Positions 28,288-38,054 of a DNA stretch of 64,000 bases are shown here, piece by piece. A program made the translations under genes and the position numbers. The stretch's first letter is position 1. Every line of letters starts with the position of its first letter. The DNA comes from Bacilli bacterium (GTDB lineage Bacteria; Bacillota_I; Bacilli_A; RFN20; UBA1709): NCBI GenBank assembly GCA_050949315.1, contig JBMNFL010000001.1, positions 416,001 to 480,000 of the forward strand. Reading direction: 5' to 3'. The notes beneath the pieces were generated by a model. The model was not told the DNA's origin. It saw only the letters and a program-made list of their open reading frames with translations, and searched no databases.

Positions 28288-29376
28288 ATGATTAAAACCG
28301 TCCAGAATAATCAAGAATTAAAAAAGTGGATTAGTTTTCCTAAACAACTCTATAGTCCTTCTTCTTTTTATGTTCCCCCTATTTATAAAATCTTATTCAA
28401 AGAGCTCAAGCAACAAATCTTTGAACTCAAAGATTATGTAGCTCTTTTTTGTTTAAAAGATGATCTTATTAAAGGACGTATACTCTATACCTTTAAAGAA
28501 AGTCGGCGCAGTCAAACTCTTACTTGCTACTTTTCTTATTTTGATTGTTTCAATGAGCAAGAGATTGCCGATGAACTCTTTGACTATTTAAAAAAAGAAT
28601 GTAAAAAACATAACTGTAAATATATTGAAGGCAGCTACACTCCCTATGATCCTGATAATCGGCGCGGTATCTTAGTGGAAGGTTTTGAATATCCTCCTAT
28701 GATTTTTACCTCTTATAATCCCCCCTATTATCCTACTTTATTAGAAAATATAGGCTTTACAAAAGCCTATGACACTTTAGCCTTAAGGGCTAACATCCCC
28801 CTTAATAAACCAAGGATGGAGAAACTAGCAAATTTTGTTCAAAGACACTTGCCAGCTTTAAAACTTGAAACCCTAAATCCTAAAGAGTGGAAAAAACAAG
28901 GTCAAGCTCTTTATGACATCATGAAGGAGGCTAGTACTAATCTCAACTTGAGTATGGCGCCCTCGGCTAAATTCGTCCAAGACTATATAAAAAAGAATCG
29001 CTTCTTTGTAAAAGAAGATTATGTTGCTATCGCCTATGATAAGGATAAGCCCATAGGCTTTTGTGCGATGCTACCCGATTACAACTCCGTTTTAAAAGAA
29101 CTTGATGGCAAAATAAATATCTTTAAATTTTTAAAGGCTAAAAAGCAGATAAAGGCCTGTCGCGGCTTTTTACAATATGTCATTCCTGCTTATCAAGATA
29201 AAGGTGTTGTCATCGCCTTATACAACTTGCTCTCTACTAATATGCTTAAAAACAAAAACGAACACTTTGAAGCCTCAACTATCTTAGAAGAAAATATTAA
29301 ATCCACTAATTTAGTTCAGTCCTTCGAAGGCAGCGAAATCTATAAACGTTATCGCATCTATCATTTGGAGGTTTAA
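28288..29376 (+). CDS. YghO-like tandem GNAT-fold protein
   Basis: GRI, FSYFDC, GILVEGFEYPP, YNPPYY, LPDYN, ILEEN, YKRYRIY. Confidence 0.65.
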   Translation: MIKTVQNNQELKKWISFPKQLYSPSSFYVPPIYKILFKELKQQIFELKDYVALFCLKDDLIKGRILYTFKESRRSQTLTCYFSYFDCFNEQEIADELFDYLKKECKKHNCKYIEGSYTPYDPDNRRGILVEGFEYPPMIFTSYNPPYYPTLLENIGFTKAYDTLALRANIPLNKPRMEKLANFVQRHLPALKLETLNPKEWKKQGQALYDIMKEASTNLNLSMAPSAKFVQDYIKKNRFFVKEDYVAIAYDKDKPIGFCAMLPDYNSVLKELDGKINIFKFLKAKKQIKACRGFLQYVIPAYQDKGVVIALYNLLSTNMLKNKNEHFEASTILEENIKSTNLVQSFEGSEIYKRYRIYHLEV

Positions 29377-29378
29377 AT

Positions 29379-30536
29379 ATGTTACTAGCTATACAAATCA
29401 TTCTAACTGTTGGCGTTCCCCTTTTAATCTATCGCTTTCAAAACACCAAATTAATCAGTTTTATTGGCCCGATTGCCATGACTTATCTTTGTGGCATTAT
29501 TTTTGCTTTGATTATCTACTTACTTAACTTAGGAGACGCAAACCTTGTTTTAGATAAGACCATCGGCGAAGATGGTTCCTTTATCATCATCGCCCTTGCC
29601 ATTCCTTTACTGCTCTTTTCTAGTAACATTAAAGAAGTTAAAAAACTATCGAAGAAAACTATTCTTTCTTGGATTTCTTTAATTATTTCTGTTGTTATAA
29701 CCGTCACCGTTTTTTACTATGCCTTTGGTCGTAATTTAGAATATGGCGCGGAACTATCCGCCATGGGAGTAGGTTTGTATACCGGTGGCACTCCTAACCT
29801 TAATGCCATAGGCGAAATTTTAAAGGTCCCAAGCCGTATTATTGGTTATGCCAATCTATCAGACATGATCTTTGGGGGTATATTTTATCTTTTCTTGTTA
29901 TCTATTGCTAAACCCTTACTTTCTAAAATCTTGACCGGAGAAAAAGAAGAATCCTATCTCAAAGAAGATATTGAGTTAGAAAACTTTGAAGAAGTAAAGA
30001 TTGGTAAGGCTGGTTTGAAAGGTTATCGGGGCTTAATCTTTACCTTCCTTTTATCCTTGGCTTGCTGTGGGGTAAGCGCAGGAATTGGTCTTTTACTTGG
30101 TAAAGCCTATCTTGTCCCTGTTTTAATGTTTGGAGCCACAATTGGTGGCATCGGTTTTTCCTTTGTCAAAAAGGTTTCTGAGACCAAAGGTAATTACCGT
30201 CTTGGTCAATACTTTATTTTAGTCTTCTCTTTTGCCATCTCTTCCATCTTAGATTTCTCCATGATCTCTAAGGAGATTATCAATATCTTCCTTCTTTTCA
30301 TGTTCTTTACTTTAGGAACTTTAGTTATTCATACTATTATCTCTAAGATACTCGGTTTAGATGTTGATGTGACTATTACTACTTTAGTAGCAGGTGTTTA
30401 TAGTCCGGCCTTTGTCCCCGCCATAACTAAACAAATCGGTAATGAAAAACTAACCGCCCCTGGTCTTATCTGTGGCTCAATTGGTTATGCGATGGGAACC
30501 TTTTTGGGTTACCTGCTCTACTTTACTTTCGTTTAG
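29379..30536 (+). CDS. DUF819 family membrane protein
   Basis: About 11 TM segments, LAIPLLLF, YTGGTPN, GYAMGTFLG. Confidence 0.75.
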   Translation: MLLAIQIILTVGVPLLIYRFQNTKLISFIGPIAMTYLCGIIFALIIYLLNLGDANLVLDKTIGEDGSFIIIALAIPLLLFSSNIKEVKKLSKKTILSWISLIISVVITVTVFYYAFGRNLEYGAELSAMGVGLYTGGTPNLNAIGEILKVPSRIIGYANLSDMIFGGIFYLFLLSIAKPLLSKILTGEKEESYLKEDIELENFEEVKIGKAGLKGYRGLIFTFLLSLACCGVSAGIGLLLGKAYLVPVLMFGATIGGIGFSFVKKVSETKGNYRLGQYFILVFSFAISSILDFSMISKEIINIFLLFMFFTLGTLVIHTIISKILGLDVDVTITTLVAGVYSPAFVPAITKQIGNEKLTAPGLICGSIGYAMGTFLGYLLYFTFV

Positions 30537-30545
30537 AGGTGAAGC

Positions 30546-32153
30546 ATGAGTTTTGATGGCTTAATGCTTAGAAGAGTTGTCGCACTCTTAAAAGAACAAA
30601 TCCTCGATTGTCAGGTTAACAAAATCAGCCAAGTTACGGCTAACGATTTTGTCTTTAACCTTTTTAAGCCTACCCTTAAAACCAATCTTTTGATCTCTAT
30701 CAATAATAATGCTTCCTACTTAACCTTGTCATCTCTACGTTATCAGGATAACTTAGAAGCTAAACACTTTAGTAAAATCTTAAGACAACACCTTGAAGGT
30801 GCGCGAATTAAAGATATTAAGCAACTTGGTCTTGATCGACTAGTGGGTATTAGTTTTCGCAAACAAGATGAGTTAGGAGAAATCACCACTAAACACCTTT
30901 ATATTGAATTGACTGGTAAAATGACTAACATCATTCTTGCTAAAGAAGATAACAGCATCATTGATTGTTTCCATCGCCTTGGTCCTATCACTAAAAGGAC
31001 CATTATGCCTGGTGCTATCTATCAGCCTCCCCCTGCCCCTTCCCTAAAAGACCCCCTACTAGATTCCTATAACCCTAATGATGCTTTAAGTGGTCAATTC
31101 TATGGCTTTTCTAAAAACTTAGAGCAAGAAGTGCGCTATCGTTTAAACAAGGGCGAAAAATTAAATAATATTATGCAAGAACTGCTAAGCAGTTCAACTG
31201 TTTACTGTTATAAAAATGACTATCATCTAATTCCTTTTACCCATCTGAAAGAAGAGCCTAAGCTCTTTAAATGGGATGAAGGCCTTGTTAACTTTTATTT
31301 AGACTACCAACAAAAAGTTAAAAAAGATGAGGCCCTGCGTGATTTAAGGCGCTTAATAAAGCGGGAGAGTAAAAAATACAACACCAAAATCGAACGCTTA
31401 GAAAGCGAATTAGAAAAAGCTGGCGACAGTGAAAAATTCAGAAAATATGCCGATTTAATCTATACCTATGGGGAAGATTTAAAACTTAAAAAAGAGGAAT
31501 TAAAACTGACATTAGAAGACTATGATGAACCTATAATCATCCCTTTAGATGAACGCTTTAATCTTAAAGAAAATGCTCAGAAGTTTTACAAAAGATATCA
31601 AAAACTTCAAAACTCTAAAGAAATACTCAAAAACCAAATTGCTCTTGCTAAAGATGAGTATGAATATTTTGAACTTTTAAAGATCCAGATCGAAGATGCT
31701 AGCAAAAATGAACTAGAACAAATAAAACAAGAACTAGCCGAACAGAATTACCTAAAACTTCCAAGTAAAAAGAGTCGTAAAAAAGTTACAAGTTACTTGC
31801 CCCATACTTATTATGGACCTGATAATGTCAAAATCAGTGTTGGTATGAATAACTTCCAAAATGACTATCTCACTCATAAACTTGCTAAATATAACGAATA
31901 CTTCTTCCACGTTAAAGACTACCCTGGCAGTCATGTGGTTGTACACAGTAGTGAAAAGCTAAGTGAGAAACTGATTCGCTACGCTGCTAATTTAGCCGCT
32001 TATTTTTCTAAAGCCCGTTACTCCTCCACGGTGCCTGTTAACTATACCCTAGTCAAAGAAGTAAAAAAACACCCTAGTAATAAACCAGGGCTGGTGCTTT
32101 TAAAAACCTATAAAACTATTTATATTGATCCTAAAAAAGTTGAAGAAAACTAG
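30546..32153 (+). CDS. rqcH: NFACT/RqcH (FbpA) ribosome quality-control factor
   Basis: MSFDG start, LDRLV, ELTGKMTNIIL, ENAQKFYKRYQK, VGMNNFQND, FHVKDYPGSHV. Confidence 0.9.
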   Translation: MSFDGLMLRRVVALLKEQILDCQVNKISQVTANDFVFNLFKPTLKTNLLISINNNASYLTLSSLRYQDNLEAKHFSKILRQHLEGARIKDIKQLGLDRLVGISFRKQDELGEITTKHLYIELTGKMTNIILAKEDNSIIDCFHRLGPITKRTIMPGAIYQPPPAPSLKDPLLDSYNPNDALSGQFYGFSKNLEQEVRYRLNKGEKLNNIMQELLSSSTVYCYKNDYHLIPFTHLKEEPKLFKWDEGLVNFYLDYQQKVKKDEALRDLRRLIKRESKKYNTKIERLESELEKAGDSEKFRKYADLIYTYGEDLKLKKEELKLTLEDYDEPIIIPLDERFNLKENAQKFYKRYQKLQNSKEILKNQIALAKDEYEYFELLKIQIEDASKNELEQIKQELAEQNYLKLPSKKSRKKVTSYLPHTYYGPDNVKISVGMNNFQNDYLTHKLAKYNEYFFHVKDYPGSHVVVHSSEKLSEKLIRYAANLAAYFSKARYSSTVPVNYTLVKEVKKHPSNKPGLVLLKTYKTIYIDPKKVEEN

Positions 32154-32687
32154 TTATCGAAACAGATAGACTAGTTTTTTATTGCCATAATGATACTCTT
32201 TAATTTGATAAGAAGTCTTTAGTTTTAATTCGTAATCCTCGTCCATTTCAATCATGATTTTAATATTTGGACTAAACAAATTTCTTTCTTCCATCATAGA
32301 GATTATTTCTTCATAAATCCCCAGTTTATAAGGTGGATCTAGAATTAAAATATCTACCTGATTATTCAGGACTTTTAACATTTCCTTATAAGATAGTTTT
32401 GTAAGTGCATATCCTGATTCAATTCCTAAATTCTCGAGATTCTTTTTAATGACATCGTAGGCCTTTTTAGCCACATCATTAAAGTAAACTTTCTTGGCAC
32501 CTCGCGATAGAGCTTCAATACCTAAAGCCCCACTTCCGGCAAATAAGTCTAAGACGGTGGCATCGATAACTTCTTGACCTAAAATATTAAACATCGCTTC
32601 TTTAATGCTATCTAAACTTGGTCGCGTATCTAAACCTTTAGGGGCTAGTAAGCGACGAGAACGATACTTCCCTGCTATAACTCGCAT
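32154..32687 (-). CDS. rsmD: 16S rRNA m2G966 methyltransferase
   Basis: MRVIAGKYR, TRP, LDLFAGSGALGIEALSRGA, DPPY. Confidence 0.95.
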   Translation of the reverse strand: MRVIAGKYRSRRLLAPKGLDTRPSLDSIKEAMFNILGQEVIDATVLDLFAGSGALGIEALSRGAKKVYFNDVAKKAYDVIKKNLENLGIESGYALTKLSYKEMLKVLNNQVDILILDPPYKLGIYEEIISMMEERNLFSPNIKIMIEMDEDYELKLKTSYQIKEYHYGNKKLVYLFR

Positions 32688-33049
32688 TATTTACTTCTCC
32701 ATAAACTCTGCCCAAAAGACAGGGGTGAAAACTCAGTAAAGAGTTCATCATTAATTTCTTTTAAAAGGCTATTAGCCACCTTTAAAGCTTCAAGATAGTC
32801 TTTAACCTCTTGTCTTTGATAGAGTTCTTCTTTTGCCTGACTGAGTTTTTGTTGATAGGGCTTTAGTTCAAGTTTAAAACGCATCGCCTCTTTTAATTCT
32901 TCTTGGGCCGCTTGAAAAGACATGATTAAAAGACCAACTTCTTCGTTTGCTAACATCAGTTGTTCCTTGCTTTTAACCTCTTTAATCTTGGAATTCTTAA
33001 GCAAAGCCTCTCGTAAAAGTTTTACCTTTTCAATAATTTCAATTTCCAT
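32687..33049 (-). CDS. YlbF/YheA (Com_YlbF) family regulator
   Basis: 120-aa helical protein with VKDYLEA pattern, upstream of rsmD. Confidence 0.65.
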   Translation of the reverse strand: MEIEIIEKVKLLREALLKNSKIKEVKSKEQLMLANEEVGLLIMSFQAAQEELKEAMRFKLELKPYQQKLSQAKEELYQRQEVKDYLEALKVANSLLKEINDELFTEFSPLSFGQSLWRSK

Positions 33050-33155
33050 TTATTCACCTCTATCATTTTAACAATTAGTCCAGAACTGCTCAAGTGTTTT
33101 GATTGTTTTCTTAGGGGTACTAGTTTATAATTAACTCGCATAGGAGGTGGGAAAG

Positions 33156-33731
33156 ATGTTTGAAGCTAAACCAATTCTCCAAGATGGCAATAAACTTTTA
33201 AGAAAGAAATCTAAAAAGGTTAAAAAACCCTATAGTCAAGAAGATCGTGATTTAGCTAAATATCTTCATGACTACCTAGCCTTCACGCAAAAGCCTGAAA
33301 ATATCGAAAAATATAATCTTCGTGCTGGGGTGGGCCTAGCTGCCCCACAACTAGGCGTTTTAAAGCGCATCTGTGCAATTAGAATTGAATATTTTAATGA
33401 TGAAAATGATAAAGAAAAAGTCACTTCGGTGACTAGTTTTGCTTTCATAAATCCTAAAATTATCTCTTATGCCCAAAGAAAAGCCTACATCATCGCTGGT
33501 GAGGGCTGCCTTTCCATTACTGAAGAACACAAGGGTTATGTTCCTAGAGCCGCCTTTGTAACTGTTCAAGGCTACGATGCCCTAACTGAACAGGAGTTAA
33601 CTGTTAAACTACGGGGCTATGAAGCGATTGTCATTCAACATGAATTAGATCACCTTGAAGGCATTCTCTTCTATGACCATATTGATAAAGAAGATCCCTT
33701 TAAAAAGATACCTGGAGCTTTAGAAATCTAA
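33156..33731 (+). CDS. def: Peptide deformylase
   Basis: GVGLAAPQ, EGCLS, QHELDHLEG; AGGAGG RBS before ATG 33156. Confidence 0.96.
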   Translation: MFEAKPILQDGNKLLRKKSKKVKKPYSQEDRDLAKYLHDYLAFTQKPENIEKYNLRAGVGLAAPQLGVLKRICAIRIEYFNDENDKEKVTSVTSFAFINPKIISYAQRKAYIIAGEGCLSITEEHKGYVPRAAFVTVQGYDALTEQELTVKLRGYEAIVIQHELDHLEGILFYDHIDKEDPFKKIPGALEI

Positions 33732-33746
33732 TCTTTGGTGGTTTTT

Positions 33747-34628
33747 ATGTTTAAACGCATTAGAAGAAAAGCCTTATTCTCTACTCTACTTACTTTAACC
33801 ATCTTTCTTTTACTTGCCTGTAATAAACAAACAAGTTCTAGTTCAACAAGCAATAGTTCTACTACAAGTTCAAGTACCTCTACCACAAGCTCAAGTTCCT
33901 CCACTTCATCAAGTTCTAGTTCTTCCTCTACTAGTTCTCCTAGTAGTTCCTCATCATCTTACTATGGTGCGGCAACAGAACAAAGCGGACTTATTCTTAA
34001 AAACACTTTAAGAACCATTATGACAAATAATCATTATCAAACAACTTATAGCGAGATTCGTTATATGTTTGTTGGTAGTGATGCTGATCCTAATCAAGCG
34101 GGAAATCTAATTCTTTTTTATAGTCGTGAATCGGTTTTGGGTGCTTGGGATAACGGAGTAACCTTTAACCGTGAACACGTCTGGCCTCAATCCTTGGGTG
34201 GCTTTGGTAGAGAACTAGCTGGCTCTGATCTCCACCATATACGACCAACTGCTCCTAATGTTAATACTTCTAGAGGAAATAAACCCTTTGCTGAACTAGG
34301 TAATAGCTACACTGCTACAACTAAATATGGCGAGAAAATTGTCGGCTATTCAGATAATAACTATTGGGAGCCACTAGACGAAGTTAAAGGTGACATTGCT
34401 CGTATTATCATGTATCTTATTGTGCGCTACTCTGAATTAGAAACTCGCTTTTCAGAAACAGAACATAGTCCAATCAAAGATGGGAGTTATACTTTATTAC
34501 TCCAGTGGCATAACGATGACCCCGTTGATGATTTAGAAAGAAACCGTAACGAATATATCTATTCCGTCCAAAACAATCGCAATGCCTTCATTGATCATCC
34601 TGAATTTGCTGACCTAATTTGGTCATAA
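33747..34628 (+). CDS. Lipoprotein extracellular nuclease (endonuclease I/Bsn family) with Ser/Thr-rich linker
   Basis: LLAC lipobox, poly-Ser/Thr, NREHVWPQS, DLHHIRP, KGDIAR, QNNRNAFIDHP. Confidence 0.88.
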   Translation: MFKRIRRKALFSTLLTLTIFLLLACNKQTSSSSTSNSSTTSSSTSTTSSSSSTSSSSSSSSTSSPSSSSSSYYGAATEQSGLILKNTLRTIMTNNHYQTTYSEIRYMFVGSDADPNQAGNLILFYSRESVLGAWDNGVTFNREHVWPQSLGGFGRELAGSDLHHIRPTAPNVNTSRGNKPFAELGNSYTATTKYGEKIVGYSDNNYWEPLDEVKGDIARIIMYLIVRYSELETRFSETEHSPIKDGSYTLLLQWHNDDPVDDLERNRNEYIYSVQNNRNAFIDHPEFADLIWS

Positions 34629-34639
34629 ACAAAACAATT

Positions 34640-34687
34640 AGTGCCATAATGGCACTTTTTCTATGTTTATTGGTGCCAAATTGGCAC
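34640..34687. promoter_or_regulatory. Twin palindromes GTGCCA-N3-TGGCAC (terminator and/or operators)
   Basis: gtgccataatggcac at 34641 and gtgccaaattggcac at 34673, each followed by T-run; TTGACA at 34696. Confidence 0.65.
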
Positions 34688-34741
34688 TTTTCCTATTGAC
34701 AAAAGATGCCATTATTTATTATTATATCGTTGGTGGTAAAA

Positions 34742-35230
34742 ATGAATTTAAGAGAGTATAGAAATAGTCTTGGGATTACAATACAAACGGCAGCCGATGC
34801 TGTTGGCGTGCCTCTACGTACCTATAAGCGATATGAATATGACGAAAACCATGGTGATATTTTAAAAAGAAAATCCATTATTAACTTGCTTAAATCAAAG
34901 TACGAGATAACCGAAGACAAAGGAATACTTAGTATTGATATGATTAAAAATGTAACAAAATCTATATTTGACAAATATGCCGACAAAATAGAATTCTGTT
35001 ATTTGTTTGGCAGTTATGCCAAGGGCAATCCTACCGATACAAGCGATATTGATCTTTGCATTTCTACTTCGTTAACCGGATTAAAATTTGTGGGTTTGAT
35101 AGAAGAATTACGTATTTCATTACATAAAAAAGTGGATTTATTACGCTTCTCTGATTTAAAAGATAATATGGATTTATTGAATGAAATAATGAAAGATGGG
35201 GTCAAAATTTATGAACAACAAAAAGAATGA
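34742..35230 (+). CDS. XRE-HTH fused minimal nucleotidyltransferase (MntA-like antitoxin)
   Basis: N-terminal HTH (LREYR..ITIQTAADAVGVPLRTYKRYE), FGSYAKG, SDIDL, KVDL. Confidence 0.85.
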   Translation: MNLREYRNSLGITIQTAADAVGVPLRTYKRYEYDENHGDILKRKSIINLLKSKYEITEDKGILSIDMIKNVTKSIFDKYADKIEFCYLFGSYAKGNPTDTSDIDLCISTSLTGLKFVGLIEELRISLHKKVDLLRFSDLKDNMDLLNEIMKDGVKIYEQQKE

Positions 35231-35543
35231 TTATTACTATATTAGTAAAGTGATTAACGATGTCAATTCTATAATAAAATATACCAAAGGGATTACATAT
35301 GATGACTTTGTTTCTGATGAAATGCTTATAGACGCCACAATGTTTAGACTTGTTCAAATGGCCGAAAATATTAATCATCTTTCAAAAGAATATCGTGACA
35401 ATCATAAAAAAATCCCTTGGGAAGAAATAACGGGATTCAGAAACAAAATTGTTCATGAATATGGAAAAACTGATTACACAATTGTCTATGAAATCATTTC
35501 TGAAGATATTTATAAATTAAAAGATGAAATAGAATCCAAGTAA
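35211..35543 (+). CDS. HEPN (DUF86/HepT-like) RNase toxin
   Basis: IPW..I.GFRNKIVHEY (RX4H); overlaps the MNT gene. Confidence 0.88.
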   Translation: MNNKKNDYYYISKVINDVNSIIKYTKGITYDDFVSDEMLIDATMFRLVQMAENINHLSKEYRDNHKKIPWEEITGFRNKIVHEYGKTDYTIVYEIISEDIYKLKDEIESK

Positions 35544-35580
35544 CACTATCTATTTCTTGTTGATTGGTTTATATATTACT

Positions 35581-36441
35581 CTAAACAGAAAAATAATTTT
35601 GTATTTTAGTAGCAACTTCTGCGGGTTGTTCAAGTTGTACAGGATGATAAGACTTCATAATTTTAGCAGTCTCACAATGCGTTAGTTTTTGATATGATGC
35701 AAGCATTTCACTCTTCAATTCATCAAGTTCAAGGGGTAAGGAAGATTGAAGTAATAAGATAGAACAATCTTGATAATCCATCTTCTTTACCAAACTAGAA
35801 ACCGTTGGAGCATAGTGTAAGGCATAAAAAACTAAAGGGGCTGCTATATTTAATTTAGGTATAACTTCTAAAGGACGATGTCCGAATTCATTGATATAAC
35901 GATAGCTGGCATTATCCTGATAGTAAAGAGCTAATTCTTCTTCACTAAGTTCCTCTTTAAGTTCGGGAAAATATGGCCGACAAATGTTTTCTAAACTTGT
36001 GATAAAAGGTTCTAGTTGTTTTTGTTCATTATACTTTTTAATATAACTTAAATCATGGTAGCCACCATCTAAAAGGACACTTTTAATAACTTCATCCTTA
36101 TACATTGATAGATAAATGGTCCCAATCGCCGCCCCATAAGAATGGCCGACTAAGTAATATCTTTTTAGACCCAAGGCCTGAACAATATTATGGATATATT
36201 CTTGGATTAAAGGATAAGAATAGGCTTCTAATTTAGGTATGGCTTCCGCTTTCCCATGCCCTGGTAAATCAATAAGATAGCAACAAAAGCCTTTTAAGTG
36301 TTTAAGAACCTTTTTAAAAGTCAAGGCATTAGCCCCAAAACCATGAATAAAAACAATGGCTGGATCAGTCAATCTGCCATAACGCAAATATGAGCATTTA
36401 TAACCTGATATAAAAACAAAATTTCTATCTATTTTATCCAT
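35581..36441 (-). CDS. Alpha/beta hydrolase
   Basis: HGFG, DLPGHG, GHSYG; start moved to ATG 36441. Confidence 0.85.
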   Translation of the reverse strand: MDKIDRNFVFISGYKCSYLRYGRLTDPAIVFIHGFGANALTFKKVLKHLKGFCCYLIDLPGHGKAEAIPKLEAYSYPLIQEYIHNIVQALGLKRYYLVGHSYGAAIGTIYLSMYKDEVIKSVLLDGGYHDLSYIKKYNEQKQLEPFITSLENICRPYFPELKEELSEEELALYYQDNASYRYINEFGHRPLEVIPKLNIAAPLVFYALHYAPTVSSLVKKMDYQDCSILLLQSSLPLELDELKSEMLASYQKLTHCETAKIMKSYHPVQLEQPAEVATKIQNYFSV

Positions 36442-36537
36442 GTTTTTCCCTTTCATCATAAATACGACACAAACTAATCTTCGTATATACAGTATACGCA
36501 AAACTTTTATTTTTCAAAAGTTTTACGCATAGTTTCC

Positions 36538-37902
36538 TTATTTTTGCTTCTTTAATAACATAGATTTATCGAATTTCGTGTTTTTTAGATAATCTTTGAC
36601 TCTATAAACTAGGAATAACGGTAGACTGTATGTTTTCGTGCTTCCCTCTATGTTTTCTCCTATATTATTTAATGAAAATTTAAAACCCACTTCGCTTTCA
36701 TATCTTTTTACAAACACATTATAACTTTTAGCCTTCGTATTTACATTTGCCTTTACTTCCAGCGGAATAACTCTCCCATCATCTTCAATAAGAAAATCTA
36801 GTTCTGCGCTGTTACCTGATCTCCAAAAATAAGTCTTGTATCCTAATAAAACGAGCTCATTATTTACAAAGTTTTCAGTTAAAGAACCCCTAAACCCTCC
36901 TGTTGATTCATCCTTTTCGAGTAAGGATTTAAGCGTAAAACCGGCCATTCGCGATAGGAGCCCTACATCGCATAGATAAATCTTGTAAAATGAGGAGTCC
37001 CTATAAAATGATAAGGGAACTTGCGGATTATCTACTTTGGTAACTACATGAATCAGCCCAGCATCTATCAGCCAGCCTATTGATTTTTCCAAATCTTTTG
37101 CTCTTGTCGATTTTTTGACCCTTGAAAACACGAATTTATTATTATCTTTTGCAAGTTGCTCAGGAATAGATCTCCAGATAAGTTCCAAATTAGTTAATTC
37201 ATTCTGTGGACTATGTCTCGAAAAATCATTTTCATAACCTAAAATGATATTGTCTTGTATCTCATTGACTTTTGATAAATTATGACTTTCAAACCAAATT
37301 TTAACAGCCTCTGGCATGCCTCCCACTAAAAGATAGTTGACATATTCCCTGTTTAAATTTTCTAAAATATAAACAGGTAATGGTTTTGTCATCTCATAGT
37401 TCTCTATACTATTTACTATCTTCCTGCTATCGGATTCAAGCAAGAATTCTTTAAAACTCATGGGATGCATTTCTAAACGATCCACCTTGCCCACTGGAAA
37501 TGACGCCCCTTCTTCCCTAATAGATACTCCCAATAAAGAACCCGCGCCAACTACGCACAATTTTGGCATATCTTCCGCAAAATACTTAAGGGATGTTATG
37601 GCCTTAGGATTGATTTGAATTTCGTCTATAATTAAAAGAGTTTTGCCCGGTATAATTGCCGGCAAAAGGCTTAAATTACTTATGTCTCGCAAGATTCTTT
37701 TTACATCATAGTCATAATTAAAGACATCGGCAATTTGTGGATCTCTTTCTAGGTTTACATAGACATAGCTATCAAAATGTTCTTCGGCGAATTTTCTTAG
37801 AATATAAGTTTTACCACATTGCCTTACTCCAGTTAAAAGAAGTGGCTTGCGGTTTTTCTTGTTTTTCCAAGAAACAAGATCCTTCATAATTTCTCGTTTC
37901 AT
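36538..37902 (-). CDS. AAA_14 ATPase with DUF4143 C-terminal domain
   Basis: GVRQCGKT, IIDEIQ, GGMPE, KIYLCDVGLL, ELDF..EVK. Confidence 0.9.
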   Translation of the reverse strand: MKREIMKDLVSWKNKKNRKPLLLTGVRQCGKTYILRKFAEEHFDSYVYVNLERDPQIADVFNYDYDVKRILRDISNLSLLPAIIPGKTLLIIDEIQINPKAITSLKYFAEDMPKLCVVGAGSLLGVSIREEGASFPVGKVDRLEMHPMSFKEFLLESDSRKIVNSIENYEMTKPLPVYILENLNREYVNYLLVGGMPEAVKIWFESHNLSKVNEIQDNIILGYENDFSRHSPQNELTNLELIWRSIPEQLAKDNNKFVFSRVKKSTRAKDLEKSIGWLIDAGLIHVVTKVDNPQVPLSFYRDSSFYKIYLCDVGLLSRMAGFTLKSLLEKDESTGGFRGSLTENFVNNELVLLGYKTYFWRSGNSAELDFLIEDDGRVIPLEVKANVNTKAKSYNVFVKRYESEVGFKFSLNNIGENIEGSTKTYSLPLFLVYRVKDYLKNTKFDKSMLLKKQK

Positions 37903-37932
37903 AAAGAAGTCCTCCCGAACCAATTTTATAAC

Positions 37933-38046
37933 ATTCCTATGCTTTTTGCAATTATTTTAAAATTATTCGTGCCATTTTTGCAGTTATTTTAGAATTATTC
38001 GTGCCATTTTTGCAATTATTCTTAAATTTTTCCTATCCTTTTTGCA
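37933..38046. repeat. About 3.5 tandem copies of a 32-bp unit upstream of the ATPase gene
   Basis: TTTTTGCA ends at 37950, 37982, 38014, 38046; central copies share aattattcgtgccatttttgca. Confidence 0.85.
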
Positions 38047-38054
38047 AAACGTCA

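Noticed and set aside
32140-32165. rqcH and rsmD stop codons abutting with no terminator
   Set aside because: Tight convergent packing is common in compact genomes; nothing suggests a function
33830-33960. Low-complexity agt/tct/tca repeats
   Set aside because: Encodes the Ser/Thr linker of the lipoprotein nuclease; not an independent DNA element
23921-38046. Short repeat arrays (23921, 26314, 37933) as CRISPR arrays
   Set aside because: Periods of 19-32 bp leave no room for unique spacers, only about 4 units each, and no cas genes in the window
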